Part shown: positions 1 through 10,083 of the stretch, piece by piece
How the letters are laid out: the number at the start of each line of letters is the position of its first letter
How positions within the stretch are numbered: position 1 is the stretch's first letter
Assembly: GCA_965246715.1 (NCBI GenBank)
Contig: CBDFFH010000015.1
Span: 256,001-320,000, forward strand
Source of the DNA: Chamaesiphon sp.
GTDB taxonomy: Bacteria > Cyanobacteriota > Cyanobacteriia > Cyanobacteriales > Chamaesiphonaceae
DNA: 64,000 nt
Direction: 5' to 3'
The notes under the pieces: generated by a model
What the model was told of the DNA's origin: nothing
The model's input: only the letters and a program-made list of their open reading frames with translations
Databases searched by the model: none
Made by a program: the position numbers and the translations under genes

Positions 1-1028
1 TACCGCCACTCCCAGCGGCTCCAAATTCCGATCTCCTAATTCCAGCATCATCCGCTGAAATATCGCCTACAGCTGGGCAAACGAGCATCTTCGATCGAAT
101 TGCCACAAAACTCCAATCTAGCCTGGAGAATCTCACGCCTACCCCTCTAGAAATCGATATTTTAAGGCAGGAAAAGAAGCGAGAACTATTTTATTTAATC
201 CTGCGGCAGTTTGAAGGACTCCTGGATGAGTTGCGCTTTTCACGAGTTACCATCGAGCAATTACCCACCAAGCAGTCGGCCATCTTGCAGGATTTATGGG
301 CATCGGTGACAACTGATTTCTTCGGGAGATACAATACCTTATCGATTGACGATCTCCAGATCGAAATCGTCCCAGCTATTCTACAAGATGCCCCGATTGT
401 CGTTACCGAGATTTTAGCCAAAATTCCCCAGCCGATCGAATTATTAAGTTATCTGCTGTTTCAAAAGCCGCTGACGATCGATAATATTAGCTGCAAAACT
501 AGCACGCCAGCAGCCGAGGAGCGCGCCTGTGCGCTGTTAGAAAATCTTACTATTAGTATGGCAAACGCGGTGATGCAGCCTTTACTCAATCGCTTTGCCG
601 ATCTAGAATCGATGAAAACTACTTTTTACGATCGGCGGTTGCTCTCCAGTCGAGAGATCGAACGCTTTCGTAACGATCTCTCGTGGCGGTATCGGATCGA
701 TCGCTATATTGGCGAACCTCAAGCTATTTTTGAGAGTCAATATCGGTTATTTATATTTACAGAGTATGGGATTAAAAGGATGGCAATTTATGCCCCGCGT
801 CCGGAAGAATTAGCTAGATTGGCGGGGATTCCCTTAGCTATAACGTTAGCATTGGAAACCAGAGATGCACTCGTGCCGAGATTACGAGCTTTAACTACAT
901 TGATTGGCAGTGGTATTGTATATTTACTAACAGAAATTATCGGGCGCGGCATCGGTTTGATCGGGCGTGGTGTCATCAAAGGTGTGGGTAATATCTGGCA
1001 AGAAAGCAATCGCAGTCGGAGGCAATAA
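1..1028 (+). CDS. DUF3685/Ycf55-like protein, 5'-truncated by window edge
   Basis: Frame is open from position 3 (..LENLTPTPLEIDILRQEKKRELFYLIL..). C-terminal SSREIERFRNDLSW and IGRGIGLIGRG motifs are typical; sits upstream of a ycf20-like gene. Confidence 0.8.
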   Translation, partial: PPLPAAPNSDLLIPASSAEISPTAGQTSIFDRIATKLQSSLENLTPTPLEIDILRQEKKRELFYLILRQFEGLLDELRFSRVTIEQLPTKQSAILQDLWASVTTDFFGRYNTLSIDDLQIEIVPAILQDAPIVVTEILAKIPQPIELLSYLLFQKPLTIDNISCKTSTPAAEERACALLENLTISMANAVMQPLLNRFADLESMKTTFYDRRLLSSREIERFRNDLSWRYRIDRYIGEPQAIFESQYRLFIFTEYGIKRMAIYAPRPEELARLAGIPLAITLALETRDALVPRLRALTTLIGSGIVYLLTEIIGRGIGLIGRGVIKGVGNIWQESNRSRRQ

Positions 1029-1030
1029 CG

Positions 1031-1393
1031 ATGCAAAATACCCGGTTGAATACTCTGGTCGATCGCGCTGTGCGACAATTTACCCAGTGGGCACAAAATC
1101 CCTGGAGGCGGTTATCATTAATTATTATTAGTTTATTATTTGGTAACTTTCTGGCTTCGGCGATCGCGACGACTACCGGACAAACAGCCGATCTAGACAT
1201 TACAGTTTCGCTGATCTTATTAGGCATCACCGAATTTGTCAGTTGGCTCACTTATACAAATGATACGCGGCGGAGAGCTGAAGACACCTTAGCAACTGGA
1301 AAGCAGCGACCTTTATGGCTGGCAATTCTCAATAGTCTGAAGTTAGGTTTTGTTTATGGTCTATTTGTTGAGGCGTTTAAGCTAGGAAGTTAA
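1031..1393 (+). CDS. ycf20: DUF565 / Ycf20-like membrane protein
   Basis: Starts MQNTRL, has NPWRRLSL, and ends EAFKLGS. Confidence 0.85.
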   Translation: MQNTRLNTLVDRAVRQFTQWAQNPWRRLSLIIISLLFGNFLASAIATTTGQTADLDITVSLILLGITEFVSWLTYTNDTRRRAEDTLATGKQRPLWLAILNSLKLGFVYGLFVEAFKLGS

Positions 1394-1468
1394 ATCTAAC
1401 GTTACAGTATTTTTAGAGCGATCCGCTGTGACTGAAAATAAGTTGTATCGATGAGTAGCTAACGATCT

Positions 1469-1906
1469 ATGAACTGGAAATTAATTACCGGACACGAATT
1501 GTCGATCGATAATGAAGGGGCACAAACTGTTGTAACGCTACATTACGATCGCGCCGGACAGCAACAACGCGCTTGTAATAGCTTTACGACTGGCATCTGG
1601 CTTGCGCCACCACAAATGACCGCTACACCGACTGGGGCACTGCTCAAGGTCATTACCACCAGCGGTGAATCACTCATCGAGATCCACGGTAACAACATGC
1701 AACTGCATGGTAGCAATAGTCTAAATAATCAGACCACAACTGCTACCAGCTATAGTTCTAGCTCGACTGGCACTAGCAGTCATAGAAGTACGGGCATAAA
1801 TACTGGTGCAGCAACCAGTCAGAACCAACGTTTTTGTACTGAGTGCGGTGCCACTGTCAAACCAACCGATAAATTTTGCGCTAGTTGTGGCACTAAGTTG
1901 ACTTAG
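1469..1906 (+). CDS. Zinc-ribbon domain protein
   Basis: C-terminal FCTECG..DKFCASCG; Ser/Thr-rich linker. Confidence 0.75.
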   Translation: MNWKLITGHELSIDNEGAQTVVTLHYDRAGQQQRACNSFTTGIWLAPPQMTATPTGALLKVITTSGESLIEIHGNNMQLHGSNSLNNQTTTATSYSSSSTGTSSHRSTGINTGAATSQNQRFCTECGATVKPTDKFCASCGTKLT

Positions 1907-2031
1907 AACCGCGAGCCTAATCCAGAAAATAATCCAAAATCCTTCGGCTAAATAGGCGATAGTAGAGGGTGGGCGGTCTAATGCGTCAGCAATCGTCTCT
2001 AGCCTAGTCTCTATCCCCTGACGGTATGTTA

Positions 2032-2204
2032 ACGTCAGTTCGGGACAAGAGGTGCCTGGAGACTAAAGTCTCGGCTGATGATGCAAAGTCCGCCTTCGCG
2101 GACTATATATTTCAGTCCGCGAAGGCGGACTTTGTGACATTAGCCACGATTTCAATCGATGGCGATGCTGGAACGGAGCCAATATCCTTAACCAGAACTG
2201 ACGG
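2032..2204. mobile_element. MITE-like repeat, family A (ACGTCAGTTCGGG ends, central AAAGTCCGCCTTCGCGGACT palindrome)
   Basis: Inverted ends aacgtcagttc / gaactgacggt; flanked by duplicated TATGTTA. An inverted homolog lies at 38659-38826. Confidence 0.85.
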
Positions 2205-2205
2205 T

Positions 2206-2940
2206 ATGTTAGCTAATTTTCAGACTGCACTATATCAAGTCGAGCACTTTGCCGATCGACTAGTCACTCAACAACTCACCCAAATTAGTTGGTTATCGGT
2301 AGCTGCTATCTTCGCAGCGGGACTGTTGACTAGCTTGACTCCCTGTACATTATCGATGCTGCCGATTACGATCGGTTACATAGGCGGTTATGAAGCCAAA
2401 AGTCGGTGGCAAGCAGCACTTCAATCGACATTTTTCTGTGGCGGGATCGCCACAACGCTGGCAGGATTGGGGATTTTTGCAGCAGTAGTCGGCAAAGTCT
2501 ACGGTCAAATCGGGCTGGGATTGCCGATTTTTGTCAGTATCGTAGCAATTCTGATGGGGTTAAATCTGCTTGAAGCTCTACCCTTTCAACTCCCCGATTT
2601 CGGCGGGATGGATTGGATTTCCAAGGATTTACCTCATGGCGTTCGATCGTATTTATTAGGTGTTACTTTCGGATTAGTGGCTTCACCTTGCAGTACGCCA
2701 GTCCTGGCTAGTTTGCTAGCTTGGGTAGCGAGTACTGGCAATATCTGGCTGGGTGCGGTACTTCTCCTAGCATATACAGCTGGTTATGTGGCACCATTAA
2801 TATTGGCAGGTACGTTTACGGCTTCGATTAAGCGGTTACTAGAAGTTCGGAAATGGTCTGGATGGATTACTCCGACAAGTGGAGTATTGTTGGTTGGCTT
2901 TGGAGTATTTTCGTTGCTAGGCAGGATTCCAAATTTTTAG
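2206..2940 (+). CDS. ccdA: Cytochrome c biogenesis protein CcdA (alternative in-frame start at 2026)
   Basis: TSLTPCTLSMLP and ASPCSTPVLA redox cysteine motifs; upstream of ccsB. Confidence 0.92.
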   Translation: MLANFQTALYQVEHFADRLVTQQLTQISWLSVAAIFAAGLLTSLTPCTLSMLPITIGYIGGYEAKSRWQAALQSTFFCGGIATTLAGLGIFAAVVGKVYGQIGLGLPIFVSIVAILMGLNLLEALPFQLPDFGGMDWISKDLPHGVRSYLLGVTFGLVASPCSTPVLASLLAWVASTGNIWLGAVLLLAYTAGYVAPLILAGTFTASIKRLLEVRKWSGWITPTSGVLLVGFGVFSLLGRIPNF

Positions 2941-3087
2941 TAATTGAATATAAAATAACGTGTAGGGTGGGTAATTCCCAGCATCTAGATTTCAGGCTTT
3001 TATAATGTTGTAAATATTTGCGCCGACATTCTTAATAGATCGCAAGTAACCACTAACTAATAATCAACAACAGATAACTAATAACTA

Positions 3088-4497
3088 ATGTCGATCGAAC
3101 CGAACGGATCCGTAACAAACTCAGATAATCTTTGGCAAATACCACAAAAGTGGTGGCGGAAGAAGATCGTACCAGTAATTGCCAATCTCAAATTTGCGAT
3201 CGCCTTAGTCTTGATTATTGCAGCTTTGAGTACGATCGGTACGCTAATCGAGCAGGGAGAAACTCCAGGATTTTATCAAACTAATTACCCCGAGCACCCC
3301 GCGTTATTCGGTTTTTTAAGTTGGAAGGTAATTCAAGTACTCGGCTTCGACCACGTTTATCGGACTTGGTGGTATTTGGCGCTATTAGTTTTGTTTGGCA
3401 TTAGTTTGACTACTTGTACTTTTACTACGCAGTTACCGATGCTCAAGTCAGCGCGGAAGTGGAAGTTTTATGACAATCCTAAATTCTTCCAAAAGTTGGC
3501 GCTCAGTGCTGAAATTGACGATCGAGATTTAGAGCCACTCGCAGTACAATTACAAGCGAGAAAATATCGAGTATTTACCGAAGGCGATAAGTTATATGCT
3601 CGCAAAGGACTAATTGGTAAAATCGGGCCGATTGTCGTTCACATCGGGATGATTCTCACCTTACTAGGTGGTGTCTGGGGCGCATTAACGGGATTTATCG
3701 GGCAGGAAATGATCCCGAGTGGGGAGACTTTTCAGGTCAAAAATATTCTCGATGCCGGCCCGTGGGCGGGCGGTCAAATTCCCAAAGATTGGTCTGTGAA
3801 AGTCAACCGATTCTGGATCGACTATACACCTTCAGGAGATATCGATCAGTTTTATTCTGACTTATCCGTAATCGATAATACTAGTAAAGCAGAACTCGAT
3901 CGCCAGACGATTCATGTGAATAAACCGCTCAAGTATCAAGGCGTTTATTACTATCAAACCGATTGGACTATTTCCGGTGTAAAAATTCAACTTAATAACA
4001 GTCCGATCTTTAGATTACCGATGGCTCAATTGGGCAAAGGCTCACAAAATCGGATTTGGGGAACTTGGATACCGACAAAGCCGGATCTGAGTGAAGGTGT
4101 CTCTCTACTTGCCAAAGATTTACAAGGGACATTATTAGTCTACGATACCAAAGGTCAATTAATCTCTAGCGTCCGGGCTGGTAACTCGATCGAAGTAAAT
4201 GGCGTAACGCTAAAAATTCTCGATCTAATCGGTGGAACTGGCCTCCAAATTAAAGCCGATCCTGGTATTCCGGTTGTGTATTTAGGCTTTGGATTATTAA
4301 TGCTCGGCGTAATTATGAGCTACTTTTCTCACTCCCAGATTTGGGCAGTAACAAAAGACGGAAAACTGTATCTTGGCGGTAGAACCAATCGCGCTCAGAT
4401 TGTATTCGAGCGGGAAATAATTGAAGTTATCGATCGACTCGATCTCGATCTCGAATTACAGATCGCCGCTCTCAAAACTAGTATAGGGACAGCTTAA
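3088..4497 (+). CDS. ccsB: Cytochrome c biogenesis protein Ccs1/CcsB (ResB family)
   Basis: [34 protein letters not shown] and IKADPG motifs. Confidence 0.92.
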   Translation: MSIEPNGSVTNSDNLWQIPQKWWRKKIVPVIANLKFAIALVLIIAALSTIGTLIEQGETPGFYQTNYPEHPALFGFLSWKVIQVLGFDHVYRTWWYLALLVLFGISLTTCTFTTQLPMLKSARKWKFYDNPKFFQKLALSAEIDDRDLEPLAVQLQARKYRVFTEGDKLYARKGLIGKIGPIVVHIGMILTLLGGVWGALTGFIGQEMIPSGETFQVKNILDAGPWAGGQIPKDWSVKVNRFWIDYTPSGDIDQFYSDLSVIDNTSKAELDRQTIHVNKPLKYQGVYYYQTDWTISGVKIQLNNSPIFRLPMAQLGKGSQNRIWGTWIPTKPDLSEGVSLLAKDLQGTLLVYDTKGQLISSVRAGNSIEVNGVTLKILDLIGGTGLQIKADPGIPVVYLGFGLLMLGVIMSYFSHSQIWAVTKDGKLYLGGRTNRAQIVFEREIIEVIDRLDLDLELQIAALKTSIGTA

Positions 4498-4662
4498 TCA
4501 TGGTATTCAAATCTTAAGCAAAAATTTGTCACTTTAACACAATCGAGAACATAGATAGATTGATGGCGCGCAAATCTATAAACCCGCGCGCCAAGATAGC
4601 TATTAAATCTATTCACAATTGCAATCTAAACTGTGTTGTTCACCAATAAATTACAGGTGAGA

Positions 4663-5262
4663 CTATTCAGCTCTAGATTTTGCTAGTTTTTTGCGGAGCA
4701 TTAAAGCACCACCTGCAAATAACAGCAACCCAGGAAATGCTTCAGGCTCCGGAACGGAAGTCGCTGTATCGAGTTTGATGTTATCAAGAACGATCCCCCC
4801 AGAACCAGCGTTGGTTGAGGCAAAAGTCAGTGCGCCACTTGCAGCACTAAGAAATGTGTAATTAAAAGTAGTTAAAGGACCACCACTGGAGATGATGGGA
4901 CCAATATTTAGAGCACCGAAGGTGACATTAGCACTACCAGCACCATTAGCACCAAAATCAAATTTCAGGGTATCGCCAGCTAATACATTCTGGGACAGAA
5001 ACGCGATCGTACCACTAGTGGTACCGTTCAAGTCGAGGAAGTTACCACCAGCGTAACCTGGATAAAGACCGAACTGTCCAGGAGCAACAACGTCTACATT
5101 ACCACTAGTGACTGTGGCGCTACCAACAGAACCAGTAAGATTGAGACCTGGCGAAACAGTATTAAAAGTTTCGTTAATCAAGCTAGCAGCATCAGCAGGG
5201 GATGCAAACTGAGTAATGGCTGCTACACCTAGTGTAGCAGCAAGCAAAGAACGTAAATTCAT
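4663..5262 (-). CDS. PEP-CTERM sorting-domain secreted protein
   Basis: N-terminal signal peptide (..PADAA); C-terminal VPEP, TM helix and RKK. Confidence 0.85.
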   Translation of the reverse strand: MNLRSLLAATLGVAAITQFASPADAASLINETFNTVSPGLNLTGSVGSATVTSGNVDVVAPGQFGLYPGYAGGNFLDLNGTTSGTIAFLSQNVLAGDTLKFDFGANGAGSANVTFGALNIGPIISSGGPLTTFNYTFLSAASGALTFASTNAGSGGIVLDNIKLDTATSVPEPEAFPGLLLFAGGALMLRKKLAKSRAE

Positions 5263-5699
5263 GTTTATTTATTACTGAAGTAGGGAAACAGGGCAAAAGG
5301 AAACCAGTCCAAGCCAAGTGTAATCTATGATTGACAATGTGTCAAACAAAAATATCGTAGTTTAGCGAAACTTGGAATTTTTTTATAGAGGCAGTAGCAG
5401 CTTTCGTAAACATCAACTGCGATCGCTATAAATTAGCTGTTACTATCACACTTAGGACGATAGTAACTTATTTATATCATGCTGTTGCTACAGTGACATC
5501 AGCAATCCTGACTACTCCAGCTAAATTGACAAACTTACCAACTCAGTATATTCCGCACTCGATATTTGCCGATCGACTGACACGACGATTATAATTAGGT
5601 GAATTACCAATTTTTACGAATACAAGTAACATCCAACAGTATTCCCAGCACCAAAATCGGGCTTAATCTGGATCTTTACCTTTTGACACTTTTAGGCGT

Positions 5700-6104
5700 T
5701 TGATTATGATTTGTGATTGGTCGATCGGCGATTTACCGGGATTGCAGAATGCTGAATTAATTTTACTTCATAAATTGGGAATCACAACTACTGGCGAACT
5801 TTTATCGATCGCACCAGATGCAGCTACCAAACAACAATTAGCAATCGATCTAAATGCTAAAATTCAGTACGTCAATAAATTAGTCGCTTTAGCAGATTTA
5901 GCCAGATTGCCTGGAGTCGGTTGTAAATACAATGGGTTATTGCTGCATACCGGAATTATTTCTGTAAAACAACTTGCCCAAATTCCCGCACACAAACTTC
6001 ACCAACAATTACTCAGACTGCACGTTGCCACGATCCAAAGACGAGATTTGTGCCCAAATATCGCCCAAGTTCAAAGCTGGATTAAACAAGCACAGGTAAT
6101 CTGA
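5700..6104 (+). CDS. DUF4332 (HhH-like) protein
   Basis: ALADLARLPGVGCKYNGLLLHTGI motif. Confidence 0.75.
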   Translation: MIMICDWSIGDLPGLQNAELILLHKLGITTTGELLSIAPDAATKQQLAIDLNAKIQYVNKLVALADLARLPGVGCKYNGLLLHTGIISVKQLAQIPAHKLHQQLLRLHVATIQRRDLCPNIAQVQSWIKQAQVI

Positions 6105-6120
6105 TAATCACATGCAGATG

Positions 6121-6735
6121 CTATTTTTTCGCCAATACTCCATTCAAAAAGATATCTGCTAATCCTTCAGCCATCTCTTTTATTTCCAGCGGATTAGCAC
6201 CAGGTTGGACTAGCGTTTCATGGCTAAATCCAGCGACGACAAACATCCCCAAGAATACTTGAGCGATAACGCGAGAATTCATCCGCCGATAGACACCACG
6301 TTCCATTGCCGTTTGGAAAAATGCCTCCGCTACATCGGTCATTTTTTCAACGACTTCTGATTGAATTCGTTCGCGTAAATCTTGATGAAATTGGACTTCC
6401 ATGAAACAGACACGCATCATGTCATAGTTATCCCCCAACCGCAGCATCCGTTTGTACATCACCTGGGAAATAGCTTCGTAGCTGGCCATTTCACTCAATT
6501 CTGTGAGTAAATCTGTCAATAACTCTACCCAACCTTGAGTGGCAATTTCGACCAAAATAGCTTTTTTATTAGTAAAATGTCGAAACAATGTCCCTTCGGC
6601 AATTCCGGCTTTTTCAGCTAGCTCTTTTGTCGTCGTACCATCATAGCCGTTACGGGCAAATAGCTTTTGAGCTACTTTGAGAATTTTTTCGCGGGTAGTT
6701 GGTTCAGTTTTCCGATCGTGATGAAATATCTGCAT
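6121..6735 (-). CDS. TetR/AcrR-family transcriptional regulator
   Basis: N-terminal HTH GYDGTTTKELAEKAGIAEGTLFRHF. Confidence 0.92.
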   Translation of the reverse strand: MQIFHHDRKTEPTTREKILKVAQKLFARNGYDGTTTKELAEKAGIAEGTLFRHFTNKKAILVEIATQGWVELLTDLLTELSEMASYEAISQVMYKRMLRLGDNYDMMRVCFMEVQFHQDLRERIQSEVVEKMTDVAEAFFQTAMERGVYRRMNSRVIAQVFLGMFVVAGFSHETLVQPGANPLEIKEMAEGLADIFLNGVLAKK

Positions 6736-7056
6736 AGATACCCAGCATCATTAAATGCTCATTGAATGAAATTATCATCTTTATTATCGCTCTACTTCTC
6801 CCGATCGATTGCGCTTGACTTAATAGTTCTTTATAGATAGTTATTGCATTTTGAAATTTATTGGTAGTCCTCCTTCAAAATACTTAATATAATCTCAATC
6901 TGGCACTATGCTGAGTTAAGTTATTTTTAACTAGGTGCGATCGAGTGTGAAATGAGAATGAGAGTGACTCATTGTTATTTATTTCATGCCCAAAAATACT
7001 AGAACAATTTCGTCGGTAGTAGCTAATTGTTCCAGTTTTAGATTGTGGAGATCGAT

Positions 7057-7347
7057 TTATTCAAATTCTAAGATCGAGCTGTCGTTATCGATTGCTGCAA
7101 ATGCGCGCTCGGTAGGAATCAAGCCAAAGAGCTTCGCACCGTCTATACGTCGATCGATCCGATCTTGATAATTACCGAAGTCACAACCCCAGGGTAACGG
7201 CGAGTTGGGATCGCTGGTACAAGAAATACGGATTCTCCTGGATACCTTTGCTTGAAGCAGTCTGTCGTGCAAATCCGAGCGGCGGGTTTGGGGTAACTGG
7301 AGGATCGCTCTTAGATCTAGACTAAATGGGATTAGTGGCTGAGTCAC
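7057..7347 (-). CDS. Possible hypothetical protein
   Basis: 96-aa ORF divergent from apcD; no recognised motif. Confidence 0.25.
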   Translation of the reverse strand: MTQPLIPFSLDLRAILQLPQTRRSDLHDRLLQAKVSRRIRISCTSDPNSPLPWGCDFGNYQDRIDRRIDGAKLFGLIPTERAFAAIDNDSSILEFE

Positions 7348-7516
7348 AGCTCGATGTTGCAGTATCCGAACACTGCTGCTTGAGAAAGTTTACAACAAAC
7401 ATAAATTGTGAAGATTTGCCAAAGTTCTCATATCCCTTCACTTGTGCGACCAAGAATAGATAAACTATTGTAATAGAACAGATCGTAAGAATCGATCGTA
7501 ATTAATACAAAATAAT

Positions 7517-8002
7517 ATGAGTGTAGTCAGTCAAGTTATTCTCAAAGCCGATGACGATCTGCGCTACCCCAGTAGCGGTGAACTCAAAAACATTCAAGCA
7601 TTTCTGCAAACTGGCGAACAGCGGATTCGGATCGTCACAACTCTAGCTGAGAGTGAGAAGAAAATTGTCGAGCGAGCGAGCAAGCAGTTATGGCAAAAAC
7701 ATCCTGATTATATCGCTGCTGGTGGGAATGCTGCCGGACAAAAGCAACGCTCTCAGTGTTTGCGGGATTACGGCTGGTATCTACGCTTAGTTACATATGG
7801 AGTGCTTGCTGGGGACAAAGACCCGATCGAGAAGATTGGCTTGATTGGCGTTCGAGACATGTATAATTCTTTAGGCGTTCCGATTGATGGGATGGCTGAC
7901 TCGATCGTCGCACTCAAAGAAGCCGCCTTAAACCTCTTGACTGACGAGGATGCAGCAGCAGCGGCTCCCTATTTTGATTATATTATTCAGGAGATGTCCT
8001 AA
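7517..8002 (+). CDS. apcD: Allophycocyanin-B alpha subunit
   Basis: [23 protein letters not shown]; chromophore site [15 protein letters not shown]; 161 aa. Confidence 0.95.
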   Translation: MSVVSQVILKADDDLRYPSSGELKNIQAFLQTGEQRIRIVTTLAESEKKIVERASKQLWQKHPDYIAAGGNAAGQKQRSQCLRDYGWYLRLVTYGVLAGDKDPIEKIGLIGVRDMYNSLGVPIDGMADSIVALKEAALNLLTDEDAAAAAPYFDYIIQEMS

Positions 8003-8171
8003 TCGCGATGTGCCATGAGTGAGTCTCGACTCTAGGCTGAGGCTTCTGTTGAGGATGACTCATCCCCAATGCAACTGGGGATGAGATTGACTATTAGGAC
8101 GGACAATCTGCTGTTGGAACTCGCTCGCATTTAGCTATCACGAATGAGCAGCAAATCTCAATGGTGCCATC

Positions 8172-8209
8172 AAATAACCCCAAGTCTAGAAAAGACTTGG
8201 GGGTTATTT
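8172..8209. terminator. Hairpin between convergent apcD and tRNA-Leu/M48
   Basis: aaataaccccaagtct-agaaa-agacttgggggttattt. Confidence 0.6.
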
Positions 8210-8229
8210 GTACTCTTTAACTAATACAA

Positions 8230-8309
8230 TGGGAAGCGTCGGACTCGAACCGACACGCTTTCGCGGATGATTTTGAGTCAACTGCGTCTACCAATTCCGC
8301 CAGCCTCCC
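8230..8309 (-). tRNA. trnL: tRNA-Leu(CAA)
   Basis: Reverse complement GGGAGGCTGGCGGAATTGGTAGACGCAGTTGACTCAAAATCATCCGCGAAAGCGTGTCGGTTCGAGTCCGACGCTTCCCA: long variable arm, GGTTCGA T-loop, CAA anticodon. Confidence 0.92.
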
Positions 8310-9166
8310 CCATTTGTAGCTTGCTTATCATAGCGCATCGATGGGTTATTTAGCAAGGACTGGTAGCCATCAGTTTGTGCCCACAGATCGATCTCCTTGG
8401 CACGCAATACCGGTACGGGATGCGTCAGTTGTTCGGTTTGCCCAACTGTGAGCATTTTACCAAAGCTGGTTTTGCCAATATCTTCATAGGCACGCGCCTG
8501 TGCGAGAAAAGCATCGACATTTAATAGCGGCGCGAGTTGTGGCGAACCGCCAGAGAGTTTCATCAGTACGGAAATTACCGTCTTGGGATCTTGACTGACG
8601 AGTAATGCTGCACGATCGCAACTAAACTCCGCACAGCGCACCCATTGTAGCATTTGGCTCTGGAGGCTTTGGGCGATCGCGGTACCAATGCCAGGGACTA
8701 AACCACCTGTCGCCATCACGATTAAGTTTGCCAACGTTAGGTAGACCCCATGTTCGCACTTGAGATGTCCTAATTCATGTGCGATGACGGCTTGCAGCTC
8801 CTCCAGTGTCAGTAAATCGACCAAAGAGGTATGGACGACAATAAATGGCTTTTTGCCACGTACTGCCATCGTATAGGCGTTAGGCGCGGGATGCTGTTTG
8901 AGATAGAGTTGGGGAACTTCTAAATCCAGAATCTGGCAGGCTTCGACTAATAATTTATGAATGTGCGGTAGCTGCTGTTCGCCCACGAGGACGCTAGCGG
9001 CAATATTATTTAAGTATAAAAATTCTTCTGTTACACCGCCGAGTAAGTTGCGAACTAATAAATCCAATCCTGGCAAGCGACGCAGGTTAGTAGTAGCTTC
9101 CAAGTCTAAAGGATGGCGAAAGCGATCGGATTTTAAGCCAATTAATTGGGTTTTCGTAGTTAACAT
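8288..9166 (-). CDS. M48-family zinc metallopeptidase
   Basis: AHELGH (HExxH), EFSCDRA and THP motifs. Confidence 0.9.
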   Translation of the reverse strand: MLTTKTQLIGLKSDRFRHPLDLEATTNLRRLPGLDLLVRNLLGGVTEEFLYLNNIAASVLVGEQQLPHIHKLLVEACQILDLEVPQLYLKQHPAPNAYTMAVRGKKPFIVVHTSLVDLLTLEELQAVIAHELGHLKCEHGVYLTLANLIVMATGGLVPGIGTAIAQSLQSQMLQWVRCAEFSCDRAALLVSQDPKTVISVLMKLSGGSPQLAPLLNVDAFLAQARAYEDIGKTSFGKMLTVGQTEQLTHPVPVLRAKEIDLWAQTDGYQSLLNNPSMRYDKQATNGGGWRNW

Positions 9167-9271
9167 CTGCTGAATTATGAATTATGAGTTATAAATTACC
9201 AATATTTCGATCTCTGGCTAGTAATTAAGTATTCAAGAATAATTAAATATAAAATATCTCTTAGAGTGGGT

Positions 9272-9394
9272 CAGCAATTCCAAATTCAAAACGATTTTAC
9301 GCCGTTTCAGACGATCGAGTCTCCTCGATCGATCTGAATTTTAACGATAGAGCAATGGTTCCAGCCTCTAAAATTTCTGAATTTGGAATTGCTG
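9272..9394. mobile_element. 123-bp MITE
   Basis: Perfect 17-bp TIRs cagcaattccaaattca / tgaatttggaattgctg; 9-bp flanking repeat agagtgggt / agggtgggt. Confidence 0.85.
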
Positions 9395-9487
9395 AGGGTG
9401 GGTAGTGCCAACCTGGTAAACTAACTTAGTCGCAGCAACCGATCGAACGGATCGATCGACGATCGTAATTCATAATTCTGCTAAGCT

Positions 9488-9919
9488 TTAGTCGTCAGCA
9501 AAGATCAGAGTTTCGATGCGTTTGAGACTCGGCCAATCTGGTTTACGAGCAAAGCCATCTTTGAAATTTTCGATGACTTGTTCGCGGACTTCAGGCGCAG
9601 ATTCAACGAGGCTTTTCGCCATTTGGATATGTTCGCGCACGCCAGATTGTTTGGTTTCTAGCATTGCTGCGGCTAGATTGATCCGCGTTTGGGCATCAAA
9701 GGGATCGATCTTCATCGATTTTTGGGCGGCTTTGATGGCAAGCTGGGGTTTACCTTCTAACAAGTATAACCAAGCTAAACAAGTCCAAGCACTATCGAGT
9801 TTCGGCGATCGATTGCAAATATCGACGAAAACAGGTAATAGTTTAGCTGGACTTTCGCCAGCTTGATAATCTTTAATCGCGCGATCGAACAGATCGGCTA
9901 CGGTGGTGGTTTCTGTCAT
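9488..9919 (-). CDS. TPR-like conserved cyanobacterial protein
   Basis: AWTCLAWLYLL..ALKAAQK-like TPR helices; adjacent to iscA. Confidence 0.8.
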   Translation of the reverse strand: MTETTTVADLFDRAIKDYQAGESPAKLLPVFVDICNRSPKLDSAWTCLAWLYLLEGKPQLAIKAAQKSMKIDPFDAQTRINLAAAMLETKQSGVREHIQMAKSLVESAPEVREQVIENFKDGFARKPDWPSLKRIETLIFADD

Positions 9920-9924
9920 GGGAT

Positions 9925-10083
9925 TAGTGGCTAGTGACTAGTGGCTAGTGACTAGTGAATTAGGTTTGTGAATAGAGCTTAGTGGATCGTGGATAATCAA
10001 GAGTGGATCGGCTTCAGAGATCTCGAACGCGCTGGCGCGTCCAACTCTAAAACTAGCAACTAGTCACTAGTCACTAGCCACTA
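9925..10083. repeat. Heptameric short tandem repeats (TAGTGRC at 9925-9959 and the inverted copy at ~10052-10083)
   Basis: tagtggc tagtgac tagtggc tagtgac. Other 7-mer arrays occur at ~3051, 9172, 24489, 29513, 29617, 30846 and 49330. Confidence 0.8.

Noticed and set aside
9925..10083. Tandem repeats as a possible CRISPR array
   Set aside because: 7-nt units without spacers, i.e. ordinary cyanobacterial STRR-type repeats; no cas genes in the window.
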